A DNA stretch of 64,000 nt from a virus (lineage: Duplodnaviria; Caudoviricetes), in the IMG/VR virus record IMGVR_UViG_3300032254_000001, positions 280,484-344,483 of that record, one strand, 5' to 3'. Shown in pieces: positions 1-8,933 of this stretch (position 1 is the first letter of the stretch; every line of letters begins with the position of its first letter). Made by a program: the position numbers and the translations under genes. The notes beneath the pieces are model-generated. The model was not told the DNA's origin and searched no databases. It was given only the letters and a program-made list of their open reading frames with translations.

Positions 1-1512
1 GAGTCGATTATTTAAATAAGCTAAATTCTGCTCAATAATCTTTTTACGTATGAAGCTGTCTTTGCTTGTTAACAGCTTTAATAGGAATGCTTGATGTTCT
101 TGTAAATCAACTAGTCTGTTCATTTCATCGTAGTCAACATCCTGCATGCCTTTGTCTTTCATATCATTTATTTGATCAATGTACGGATCTTCATCAGCTA
201 ATGCTGTTTCTAACTGTGATGATAACGTTTCAAGTGAACTCTTGTGTCCATGTGCTTCGTCGATCGTCTTATAAAATGTTGTATTGCCTTTGTATCGCTC
301 AGGACTAAATGTACGAGGCTCAACCTTCATACCTTGTACTTCTGGCGGAGAGCCTAGTTCAGCAAGTGTTAACTTATGCTCTTCTATACGACCCTCATTT
401 AGTATCAACTGTTCTGAACATTCTAATAGTTCTTTTTCTTTAGCTGCAATATTTTCTTCTTGCTTTGAATCGTGTAATTCCTGACCGCATGAATGACACT
501 TGTGATCTGCTAATAAGTCAATATCTTTCTGGATTGACTGCGAACGTCTTTCTTGTGTTGTGCTATCGCTTGTAATCTGTTTAATCCAGCGATTGCACTC
601 TAATACAGCTGAATTAAACTTATCAACGGCAGCTTTATCTTTGTCTGATTGTAGCTTTAGTTCAGCATTGAACTTGTCTACTTCGGCTTGTCCCTTAGCA
701 TTTACTTTATCAGTTTCGACACGCTTGTCGGCATTATTTTTGTGTTTGGTAATCTCATCTTCGATGTCAAGTTCCATTAACTTTTCAATAGCAGCAACAT
801 GGTCGCCGACAGTTTCATCCTTCTTACGTTGCCACATACGCTGTCTACGCTCAAGCCCTTCGATCTGCTCTTCGATGTGTTCGTTAGCTTTGATAACTGC
901 ACTTAAGCGGAACTCTTCTTCTTTAATTTGGTCTTTAGCTGTTTTATTAATTGCTTTAAGTGCTTCTGCCTTCTCAGTAAGTACTGTAATACCAAGCAAT
1001 TCTTCAATGATGTTCTTTTGTTCACCTGCCTTCATTGACAAGAACGGTGTTGTATATGTGTTTAATGCTATTGCATGTTTAAACATGTCGTGGCTAATGC
1101 CTAGTAGACTCGCAATCTCTTTCTGAGTCTCACGACCATCACCTTGCGCTTCATCATCTGCTTTTTGTTCTTTATTATCTTTATAGAACTTTAATACATT
1201 TGGTTTACGTCCACGCTCAATTCTGTATTGAGTTTGATCGATGTCAAATTCAACACTAACAAGCATGTTCGCTGCATTTGTTTTGTTAATAAGATTATTA
1301 ACTTTAATGTCTGACAATGCGCTACCGTATAGTCCATAGCTGAGCGCATTTATTAATGTGGTTTTACCTGTACCGTTCCTGGAACCATTGCTGCCTAAGT
1401 CGAGGTTCTCGCCGAGGACTAGGGTTAAGTCGTCGCGGTTAAAATCGACAGCCTGTGTGGCATTGCCGATTGACATGAAATTTTTTACGGTTAAATTCTT
1501 TATTCTGATCAT
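1..1512 (-). CDS. gp46: Recombination endonuclease ATPase subunit (T4 gp46 / SbcC-Rad50 family), runs off left edge
   Basis: Translated by hand (absent from ORF track): MIRIKNLTVKNFMSIGNATQAVDF...SRNGTGKTTLINALSYGLYG (Walker A)...IERGRKPN, coiled-coil, and DSFIRKKIIEQNLAYLNNRL at the edge; adjacent to gp47. Confidence 0.93.
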   Translation of the reverse strand, partial: MIRIKNLTVKNFMSIGNATQAVDFNRDDLTLVLGENLDLGSNGSRNGTGKTTLINALSYGLYGSALSDIKVNNLINKTNAANMLVSVEFDIDQTQYRIERGRKPNVLKFYKDNKEQKADDEAQGDGRETQKEIASLLGISHDMFKHAIALNTYTTPFLSMKAGEQKNIIEELLGITVLTEKAEALKAINKTAKDQIKEEEFRLSAVIKANEHIEEQIEGLERRQRMWQRKKDETVGDHVAAIEKLMELDIEDEITKHKNNADKRVETDKVNAKGQAEVDKFNAELKLQSDKDKAAVDKFNSAVLECNRWIKQITSDSTTQERRSQSIQKDIDLLADHKCHSCGQELHDSKQEENIAAKEKELLECSEQLILNEGRIEEHKLTLAELGSPPEVQGMKVEPRTFSPERYKGNTTFYKTIDEAHGHKSSLETLSSQLETALADEDPYIDQINDMKDKGMQDVDYDEMNRLVDLQEHQAFLLKLLTSKDSFIRKKIIEQNLAYLNNRL

Positions 1513-1518
1513 TTAGCT

Positions 1519-1547
1519 ATTATACTACCATTGTTGTGTTATATCAA
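1519..1547 (-). promoter_or_regulatory. sigma70-type promoter of gp46, probably leaderless
   Basis: Minus strand TTGATA(1547-1542)-17 nt-TATAAT(1524-1519), then 6 nt to the ATG at 1512. Confidence 0.6.
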
Positions 1548-1561
1548 TTTATTTGAATCAT

Positions 1562-2095
1562 TTACCCTAAGGTTTCAATGAGTTGCGTGATTTCTTTGTC
1601 TTCCAATTCAGTTAGTGTTTGGAAGTTGTGATCTAATATATCTTTATTTTGATTTAGTAAAACCTGCACTTCTGATATATCCAGACCGCAGAATTTTATT
1701 ATTTCTTTTTCTATCATTAAAAATCTTTTTACAGGATCTAATTCTAGATCATATGACTCATCAATAAAATGGTCAAACGTTTTAAACCCGTTGTCATGCA
1801 ACATAGCTAATGTTTTAGGTGCACCTACTACAATAAAGAAACGCTTTGCTGCTATTGGTCTTACTGTTTTTTCAGTAATAAACGGATACGGATAATCAAA
1901 TACTGTTTCAGTTACAATATCCAAACCGATCTTTTTATAAAATTCTGACTGGTACCAGCTGTCGTCCCATCCTGGAGGCTTATCAGCAATTAATGGATCC
2001 TTGATCTTTTCAAATCTATTATTAACATCTAGACCCTTGCCTACAAGCCTATCGTATATCCGTGTCTGCGTCATTGTTTTAAGGAATTCATTCAT
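1562..2095 (-). CDS. C-terminal half of a TEK-motif (GT10-like) putative glycosyltransferase
   Basis: VTETVFDYPYPFITEKTVRPIAAKRFFIVVG...GFKTFDHFIDESYD; same motif as 34635 and 39550 ORFs. Confidence 0.5.
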   Translation of the reverse strand: MNEFLKTMTQTRIYDRLVGKGLDVNNRFEKIKDPLIADKPPGWDDSWYQSEFYKKIGLDIVTETVFDYPYPFITEKTVRPIAAKRFFIVVGAPKTLAMLHDNGFKTFDHFIDESYDLELDPVKRFLMIEKEIIKFCGLDISEVQVLLNQNKDILDHNFQTLTELEDKEITQLIETLG

Positions 2096-2628
2096 GATGA
2101 AACTGCAATCTTATTTAATAGGTTGTTGTCAGTGATGGAATTATACATTGCAATTCGATGCGACCTTGGAACCCCGCCCATCATACAAATAGCATTCTTC
2201 TCTACACGATCTGCGTCAATGTTGTAGTTTTCGTATCCGTTTGCATTTATTGTTAGATTAGTAATAAACGTTTCGATTACTGTAGGCATGGATTCAGTTT
2301 CGTGATTTGTCATTGCTGATATTTCTTCAGTGATACCAAAATTATTAGTAACTAGCACAACGACGCCCATTGATATATCGACTGTTCTAAAACATTCTAT
2401 TAGGTTGTATATGTTAAGCCCATTCTTTAATATAGCCGGATTGTAATAATCTGTATCGAAGTGTTCGATTAAAATACGCTGATTTGGTAATATTGGTTGC
2501 TCTATTTTCTGGAGCTTGTCTATTAATACGTTAAAGTCTCTATCGAACTTTGTAAATTTATCAGCTAGTACTATATCGAATCTGTTGTACAATACATCTT
2601 TATACCGTTGTGATAAAAAGGATTTCAT
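2092..2628 (-). CDS. N-terminal half of the same putative glycosyltransferase
   Basis: Ends NAICMMGGVPRSHRIAMYNSI..., resembling KFINYNRKPKPARVSLVNAM of 39550; ATGA overlap with 1562..2095. Confidence 0.4.
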   Translation of the reverse strand: MKSFLSQRYKDVLYNRFDIVLADKFTKFDRDFNVLIDKLQKIEQPILPNQRILIEHFDTDYYNPAILKNGLNIYNLIECFRTVDISMGVVVLVTNNFGITEEISAMTNHETESMPTVIETFITNLTINANGYENYNIDADRVEKNAICMMGGVPRSHRIAMYNSITDNNLLNKIAVSS

Positions 2629-3638
2629 AAGCTATTGTAGATTTCCATTAACAAACCAATTTTATAAAAGTCACTTTCGATTGCTGCAATTTGCTCGCCA
2701 ATTATAGTGTCTACACTATTAAACGATACTTCAGCATCATTGTCCTGCTCAAATTCTTGATCCTTCATTGGAATCAAACTAATCTCACGCAAGTTGTAAT
2801 CTGTTATAAAGGTTTCTTTAATAAAGTTAGCTTCTTCGTAGCTAACGTCAATGTCTAAGTTAACCTTAACATACATATTAGGACCAAGTAGATCTGGAGC
2901 ATTGTCTAGTAGATTGCTTAAGTTTAATACTTTATATAACGGTTGATCTGGCCATGCATGGAATGTAGGGTCTTTATCCCACTCCAATACCATAGCACCA
3001 CGCTGGTCATCTCCTGCATCTGCAAAGTTATGTGGGAAGCAATTGCCTACATAGGTAACGTTACCACGCTCTTGTCGCATATGAAAGTGACCACTAAACA
3101 CTTGGTCTACATTAGCCATTTGCTCAGACTTAACAGTACCGTGGTCAGGCATTTCTACCAACGCATTCATTTTAAAATGCGGGAGCTCGAAATGTCCGAA
3201 CATGTACTTGGCTTTGATCTTTGTTAACTTTTTATAATCGTCTCCAACAAGCCACGGAACAATCGCAACATCATCTTGTTTAAACCAGTCATTACAAATC
3301 GTAATGTTAGGCAAGTGCTTTGCCCACTCAATCCCGTGTATGTCCCGCTTATCTCTATAGTAGAGGTCGTGATTTCCAGGGATAAAATAAAAATTTTCGA
3401 ATGCATCATTTAGTTTCTCCAAACTTCTCAAACTATAGTTCAGAGTTTGGAGATTAATGGACGCCCTGTGGTGATGCCAATCGCCAAGAAACAGTCCAGT
3501 TTCGCAGCCTTGTTCTTTGGCCGTTGCTATGGCCCAATCGACGAATGCTTCGCAATCTTTATTATGTTGTTGACTATTTGATTTTAATCCAAAATGTATA
3601 TCTGTAAATACTAATGCCTTATTAAAAAGCTGACCCAT
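2625..3638 (-). CDS. gp47: Recombination endonuclease nuclease subunit (T4 gp47 / SbcD-Mre11)
   Basis: Metallophosphoesterase motifs TDIHFG, LGDWHH, PGNHD, FGHFE, SGHFH; syntenic with gp46 and gp55. Confidence 0.93.
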   Translation of the reverse strand: MGQLFNKALVFTDIHFGLKSNSQQHNKDCEAFVDWAIATAKEQGCETGLFLGDWHHHRASINLQTLNYSLRSLEKLNDAFENFYFIPGNHDLYYRDKRDIHGIEWAKHLPNITICNDWFKQDDVAIVPWLVGDDYKKLTKIKAKYMFGHFELPHFKMNALVEMPDHGTVKSEQMANVDQVFSGHFHMRQERGNVTYVGNCFPHNFADAGDDQRGAMVLEWDKDPTFHAWPDQPLYKVLNLSNLLDNAPDLLGPNMYVKVNLDIDVSYEEANFIKETFITDYNLREISLIPMKDQEFEQDNDAEVSFNSVDTIIGEQIAAIESDFYKIGLLMEIYNSL

Positions 3639-3657
3639 TTTTATTATTATCCTGTTC

Positions 3658-4500
3658 TTACGTATACTTCCACAGCTCTGCGGCTGTATTAGGGAATGTA
3701 TCCCCTATTTCGTTGCATCTTAGATCGAGTTGTAGTTTCTCGCGAAGATAATATTGAATATACGCTTCGTCTATTATACTACAATTGTCTGGTAATGCAC
3801 AATCAATGCGGTTAACAAAGTTCGAAAGGAACTCAGTAACTACGTTATTCTTATTAAGATTACTTTGTAGTGCTAACATACTCTCGTGGTTATCTATTAT
3901 AGTACTAATAGGTGCGGTTAGCTCTGTGTCTAAAAATTCAACTGTACTGGTTAACAAATCTTCAAAGTTGTAAAGTAAATCATACAGATCGATTGTTTTA
4001 ATGTTCTCTGATTCGAAATGATATATGTCTGGTGCATCGTAAAATAGTTTATAACTTAGTATTTCTCGTTGTTGAGAGATTTCAGTTACATCATTTAACT
4101 CAGATATACCAAACCAATCTTTTCTTTTGTTGCGTGTTTTTTGCAACCAATTGTTTGCTGCTACTAGTTGCATATCCTGTGTGTATTTTATTGCTATAAT
4201 TTTATTACACTTTGATACAGCTTCTGTCATTAATGCATCTTCATCCATGCCCGTAGCTGGATCACCGTAGTGTATGCAAAAGAACGGATGGTGTGCATGT
4301 GTTGTGCTGTTAACCCACTTAGACCAAAACGGCCCAGGACGAGGTCTCTCAAATTGAGAATGTGATCCGCCATCAGCATTAAACGGCAGCCCGGGGTGGT
4401 TGTGTAACCCCCGAGCTGTAAAGTTGTTTAATACCCAGTGTATATAATGGCCGTAACTACCGAGATTAAAAAAGATAGGAACACGATCTTTTAATAGCAC
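3658..4500 (-). CDS. Hypothetical protein (280 aa)
   Basis: Long ORF packed between gp47 and gp55; N-terminal IFFNLGSYGHY strand-loop motif, function not assignable. Confidence 0.6.
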   Translation of the reverse strand: MLLKDRVPIFFNLGSYGHYIHWVLNNFTARGLHNHPGLPFNADGGSHSQFERPRPGPFWSKWVNSTTHAHHPFFCIHYGDPATGMDEDALMTEAVSKCNKIIAIKYTQDMQLVAANNWLQKTRNKRKDWFGISELNDVTEISQQREILSYKLFYDAPDIYHFESENIKTIDLYDLLYNFEDLLTSTVEFLDTELTAPISTIIDNHESMLALQSNLNKNNVVTEFLSNFVNRIDCALPDNCSIIDEAYIQYYLREKLQLDLRCNEIGDTFPNTAAELWKYT

Positions 4501-5478
4501 TTATGAATCGTCAGTTTTCTTTTTGTTGGGGTTACACAAGTTATAATCGTATGCAAAGTCTTCTTTCTTGCCTTCGTTTGCAAACTGTCTAGTCCAACTA
4601 GGTGTTAGTCCGTTAGCTTCGAGAATATCATCACGTATATTTTGCATCTTCTTCTCAATGTTTAGTACACGAGTAAAGCTGTTAGTCACTGCGGCAGTGT
4701 AGTACGCAAATGGGTTCTGTGATTTAAGTTCATTAAACTGTAGCCCAATCTGTGATAGCTGCAATAACGCTTGTCCTTGCATCTCATCGTTATACGTATA
4801 CCCACGCCAGTTACTACGTGTGCCATAACGTTCGCATAGCTTTATGTACATCATAGCTAAGTTATTTGTAGTTCTGCCATGATCTTTGGTAAACTTGCCT
4901 TCTTCGATATCGCCCTTCCAGTGTGATTTACCTACTATTTCTGCAGATAGCTCACCATCTGTGTCTGTTACACGGTAATGGAAGAATGGAGGGAAGTTAA
5001 CACGCATTGGTATCATTTCAACATCTGGATCAGTTGGTGATAATGATTGATCATCGTCAGTTTCGATTAGTTCGTCAAATACTGCGTTTGCTTTTGCTTG
5101 TTTCGCTGCTTTAGCTAATGCCGCTTTTGATTTCTTCTTAGGCACTAGCGGAATGTGCTCATTGGTCATAACACGGAATACAACATCATGCAGTTCAACG
5201 TCTGCTACATCTGTCGGTATTTCTAACTTAGTGAGTCGTGTTGCTCGTGCTTGTCTAGCTAAATCAACGACGGGTACGTCTTTGAATGTAGGGTTACCGT
5301 TTTCGTCTTTGCCGACATCAACGTTCTGTGTTCCCCAAATTTCTTCTAGTGATTCTACTATGAAGTCTTGCTGATTGTCCTCAACTTTATCTTTAAAGGA
5401 ACAATATGATATTTTGCTTAGGTGTATTTCTTTAAGCATATCCTTATTATTTAAGTAATTCTTTTTTCTCTTAGCCAT
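4501..5478 (-). CDS. gp55: Late-transcription sigma factor (T4 gp55-like)
   Basis: NYLNNKDMLKEI...NWRGYTYNDEMQGQALLQL...QFNELKSQNPFAYYT...NSFTRVLNIEKK; start reassigned to ATG 5478 after GAGG SD. Confidence 0.88.
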   Translation of the reverse strand: MAKRKKNYLNNKDMLKEIHLSKISYCSFKDKVEDNQQDFIVESLEEIWGTQNVDVGKDENGNPTFKDVPVVDLARQARATRLTKLEIPTDVADVELHDVVFRVMTNEHIPLVPKKKSKAALAKAAKQAKANAVFDELIETDDDQSLSPTDPDVEMIPMRVNFPPFFHYRVTDTDGELSAEIVGKSHWKGDIEEGKFTKDHGRTTNNLAMMYIKLCERYGTRSNWRGYTYNDEMQGQALLQLSQIGLQFNELKSQNPFAYYTAAVTNSFTRVLNIEKKMQNIRDDILEANGLTPSWTRQFANEGKKEDFAYDYNLCNPNKKKTDDS

Positions 5479-5504
5479 AAAATCCTCGTTGCTGTAGTGC
5501 ATAC

Positions 5505-5532
5505 AGTATAACATGATGTGCGTATTTGTCAA
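5505..5532 (-). promoter_or_regulatory. sigma70-type promoter for gp55
   Basis: TTGACA(5532-5527)-16 nt-TATACT(5510-5505), with extended -10 TG. Confidence 0.6.
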
Positions 5533-5565
5533 CCTAAGTTATTATATTGGGTTATAATGACTATC

Positions 5566-5573
5566 CATAAATA
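5566..5573 (+). promoter_or_regulatory. Late promoter motif CATAAATA
   Basis: T4 late consensus is TATAAATA; identical 8-mer precedes 11562 and 28931. Confidence 0.65.
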
Positions 5574-5597
5574 CAACATTAGAATAGGAATATATTT

Positions 5598-6722
5598 ATG
5601 GCAACAGTTAGACAGACAAATTCTACGTTAACAACTATTGAGTTTGACGAAGACGGCAATGAATCGTATTTCATCGACGGGAAACAGGTACAACGCGATG
5701 AGTATGTACAGTCTGGCGCTGATAATGTTGAGCTGACAGAAGGTGAATTAACAGCCCAGTACCAAGCTGAACTTAAATCTAACGGTTGGACTGACGAGCA
5801 GATTGAAGAGTACCAGGGTTATGAAGACGACGACGAGTTTGATCCAAACGATCCTGATAACTTAGTTGTAGACCCAGTAGGCAGCGGCCCTATTACACAG
5901 GGCGAACTTGATCTTAGACAAGATGAAGAACGCTTTGATGAAGAATTAGAACGAAGAACAGCTGAAGGGCAATCTATTGCTGATAAGGAAAATGACTGGC
6001 GTGTACGTTTACACTTAGCACCATCAGCAGATTACTTGTATGCATCAAAAGATCCAGGTATATTAGCTCCATTAATGGAAACAAACGGTCTTATATTTCC
6101 GTACACTCCGCAAATTGCTATTCAGTACAATGCAGATTACGAAAACTATGATTTAGTTCATAGTAACTACCGAGGCTATTTTTATAAAGGAAGCCAAGTA
6201 CAAAACATTCTTGTAACAGCAACATTCACAGCTAATGACGCACAAGAAGCAAATTATATGCTAGCAGCAATGCATTTTTTACGTAGTGCTACTAAGATGT
6301 TTTACGGCCAGGACATAGAACGCGGCATGCCACCACCAGTTGTATTTTTAACTGGACTAGGTGAGTATCAATTTGATGGGCATCCGTGTGCTGTTACTAT
6401 GATGAATTACAATTTACCTAACGATGTTGATTATATTTCATGTGGTAAGCCTAGTGGTGTAAAGCCGTTGCCAACACCACGCGATAATCTTTCACCTTCT
6501 ATTCCATCGACACGATTAGAAGCTGCAAACTTAGAGAAAGGTGCCAGAGAGGAAGTTGTTGAACGAGCTGAGACTGACACGTATCTAAAGGCAACATATG
6601 TGCCTACAAAAATTGATTTTAACTTTACTATGATTCCAATTCAAACACGTGATCAAGTTAGTAAAGAATTTAGTCTGAAGGACTACGCATCAGGTAAATT
6701 ACTTAAGAAGGGGTTCTGGTAA
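5598..6722 (+). CDS. Putative tail-tube initiator / baseplate tube-cap protein with acidic N-terminal extension
   Basis: DWRVRL...GLIFPYTPQI...HSNY...HFLRSATKMFYGQD...PPPVVFL; first gene of baseplate module. Confidence 0.55.
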   Translation: MATVRQTNSTLTTIEFDEDGNESYFIDGKQVQRDEYVQSGADNVELTEGELTAQYQAELKSNGWTDEQIEEYQGYEDDDEFDPNDPDNLVVDPVGSGPITQGELDLRQDEERFDEELERRTAEGQSIADKENDWRVRLHLAPSADYLYASKDPGILAPLMETNGLIFPYTPQIAIQYNADYENYDLVHSNYRGYFYKGSQVQNILVTATFTANDAQEANYMLAAMHFLRSATKMFYGQDIERGMPPPVVFLTGLGEYQFDGHPCAVTMMNYNLPNDVDYISCGKPSGVKPLPTPRDNLSPSIPSTRLEAANLEKGAREEVVERAETDTYLKATYVPTKIDFNFTMIPIQTRDQVSKEFSLKDYASGKLLKKGFW

Positions 6723-7027
6723 TGGCAATAACACAATATCCAAAGAAGAGTGCGTATGCATTAACGGTCACACATGATCACTATCTAGACTTGATGGTTA
6801 ACAGAGACATACCAAAATTAGATAGTGATGTGGAATTTACAATTACACAGACGTACAATTTACGCCCGGATCTACTAGCGTTTGACTTGTACGACGATTC
6901 AGAGTTATGGTGGGTATTTGCCCAACGTAACCCAGACGTATTGAAAAATCCTTTACTTGATTTTAGCACAGGCACAACAATACGTTTACCTAACATAGAC
7001 ACATTGCGAGATACACTGGGCTTCTAA
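6722..7027 (+). CDS. LysM-like baseplate wedge protein (gp53-like)
   Basis: YNLRPDLLAFDLYDDSELWWVFAQRN...IRLP. Confidence 0.75.
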   Translation: MAITQYPKKSAYALTVTHDHYLDLMVNRDIPKLDSDVEFTITQTYNLRPDLLAFDLYDDSELWWVFAQRNPDVLKNPLLDFSTGTTIRLPNIDTLRDTLGF

Positions 7028-8931
7028 TGGCAGAGTTAACTGGACCAATTCCAAATCCTTTCCGCGCATTCAATACAATGACGTATAGTATGTCATTGTA
7101 TTTGCAAGATCCTAAAGAATACGCAAGCATGATGGCCACTGGTAAAAAGGATGTAAGCAAATTAGAACTACTAGTACAAAGTGGTGGCATAAGTAGCGAC
7201 ACAACTAAAACCGGTGGCAACTTTGGTGCGACACGAAACAAGTTTTTCACACGTGACTTTTACTTAGACGACATTCAGCTTTCTAGCTATATTGCAGGAA
7301 CATCAACAGGCGGCCCGCAAAACAGTTTCGAAATGAATTTTACAGTAACAGAACCGATGGGCTTAACGTTCATGGATCGTTTATATAATGCTGCAACTGA
7401 TTTTGCTGAGAGGAAAGGGTATCAAAACTTTAACCCAATTAACCAAATCTACTTAGCTGTTATTCGTTTTTACGGATACGATGAAAATGGTAAGCAGGTT
7501 ATAAACGGAAAGTTCAATGACGGTTCGGACGATCAGTCGTACATTGAGAAGTGGATACCTATAATGATACGTAGTGTTCAGTTCAGAGTTGAGACGGCAA
7601 AAGTAGTGTACTCATGTGAGTGTGTTTGCCCACAGACTCAAGTAGGGCACGGTCAGGTTCACGGTACGATTCCGTTTGATATTGCACTACAGGGCGAAAC
7701 ATTAAAGGACTTACTTGACGGTACAGTAAAACGTACACTAGCAGGCGGAGTTGTTACAACAGGCTTGATGTCTGCTTTAAACAGCCACCAGCTCAAGTTA
7801 GCAGCAGATAACAAGTACCAGTTCGCAGACAAATATGCAATTGAGTTTGAAGCAGGAGCCGGAATTGAGGACGAAACAGTAACAGCACTTGGAACATCAG
7901 TAGTGATGAAGAGTGGTACTGCTAGTGGTGCGAATCCAGCAGCAGAGTCTAAGATGAAATCAGGCAGTGCTAAAAATGTTAAATCAGTTCAAACAACGGC
8001 AACCAATGCAGGTATGAAAATAGTAAAATTCATAGACCTTGCTATTAGAAATAGTTCATTTATGACTAAGCAGTACAAGAAAATGAACGAAGCTAACAAA
8101 GATAAGACAACAAAATTCCGCACACCTAAGCCGTTTAAGTGGTTTAAGATTCGTCCTCGTATTGAGATAATAGATTTCGATTCTAAACGTCAGGCATGGG
8201 CGTATAAGATTACTTACGTTGTAACGCTTTACAATGTTAGTACAGTTAATACAAATGACTTTGAAAGTGCTGACTGTTTTAAAACACACAAAGAATATGA
8301 TTTCTGGTTTACAGGTAAGAACACAGAAGTACTAGATTTTAAACAAGATTATAATTCATTCTATTACACTACATTTAGTGATAAGCATAAAGAAAATCCT
8401 AATGAGAACCCAGAAGCACAAACTAACTTACGAGCAATGAGAACGTACAGGGCTAACTCTATTGAGTCTAATGCAGGAAGTGAAAACAAAGAAAATGAAC
8501 AGGCTGCTAATGCAGCAAGCATATTATATGCGCCGCAGGATATTGCTAATGTTAGTATTGACATAGTTGGAGACCCAGACTGGTTAGGGCAGAGCGAACT
8601 GTTTTATGCTGCAACTCCTGAGCCTAAGGATCCTGTACTTGATGATGGATCTATTAACTACGATACAGCAGAAGTGTTCTTCTCGGTGAATTTTAATACT
8701 GTAGTTGATTACGATCTCGATACTGGTATTGCTGATGTAACACAAAAGAACGTAAGTAAAAATTTAAATGGTAGCGAGCCTGGTGGCGTGTCTCAGTACA
8801 GTTTTGTCTATAGGGCAAACACAATAGTATCACAGTTCGCAGGCGGACAGTTTGTACAGAAATTAGAAGGCACATTAGTATTCATACCAGAACGATGCAT
8901 AACAGGCCAAGCGCCGGAAGATAAAGGTTAA
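7027..8931 (+). CDS. Putative baseplate hub protein
   Basis: 634 aa, between gp53-like and gp5-like genes; F.VTEPMG and IVGDPDWL motifs typical of hub proteins. Confidence 0.55.
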   Translation: MAELTGPIPNPFRAFNTMTYSMSLYLQDPKEYASMMATGKKDVSKLELLVQSGGISSDTTKTGGNFGATRNKFFTRDFYLDDIQLSSYIAGTSTGGPQNSFEMNFTVTEPMGLTFMDRLYNAATDFAERKGYQNFNPINQIYLAVIRFYGYDENGKQVINGKFNDGSDDQSYIEKWIPIMIRSVQFRVETAKVVYSCECVCPQTQVGHGQVHGTIPFDIALQGETLKDLLDGTVKRTLAGGVVTTGLMSALNSHQLKLAADNKYQFADKYAIEFEAGAGIEDETVTALGTSVVMKSGTASGANPAAESKMKSGSAKNVKSVQTTATNAGMKIVKFIDLAIRNSSFMTKQYKKMNEANKDKTTKFRTPKPFKWFKIRPRIEIIDFDSKRQAWAYKITYVVTLYNVSTVNTNDFESADCFKTHKEYDFWFTGKNTEVLDFKQDYNSFYYTTFSDKHKENPNENPEAQTNLRAMRTYRANSIESNAGSENKENEQAANAASILYAPQDIANVSIDIVGDPDWLGQSELFYAATPEPKDPVLDDGSINYDTAEVFFSVNFNTVVDYDLDTGIADVTQKNVSKNLNGSEPGGVSQYSFVYRANTIVSQFAGGQFVQKLEGTLVFIPERCITGQAPEDKG

Positions 8932-8933
8932 TT

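Noticed and set aside
66-1126. Plus-strand ORFs 66..308, 284..484 and 560..1126
   Set aside because: Antisense shadows of gp46, which the track missed because it has no stop in the window
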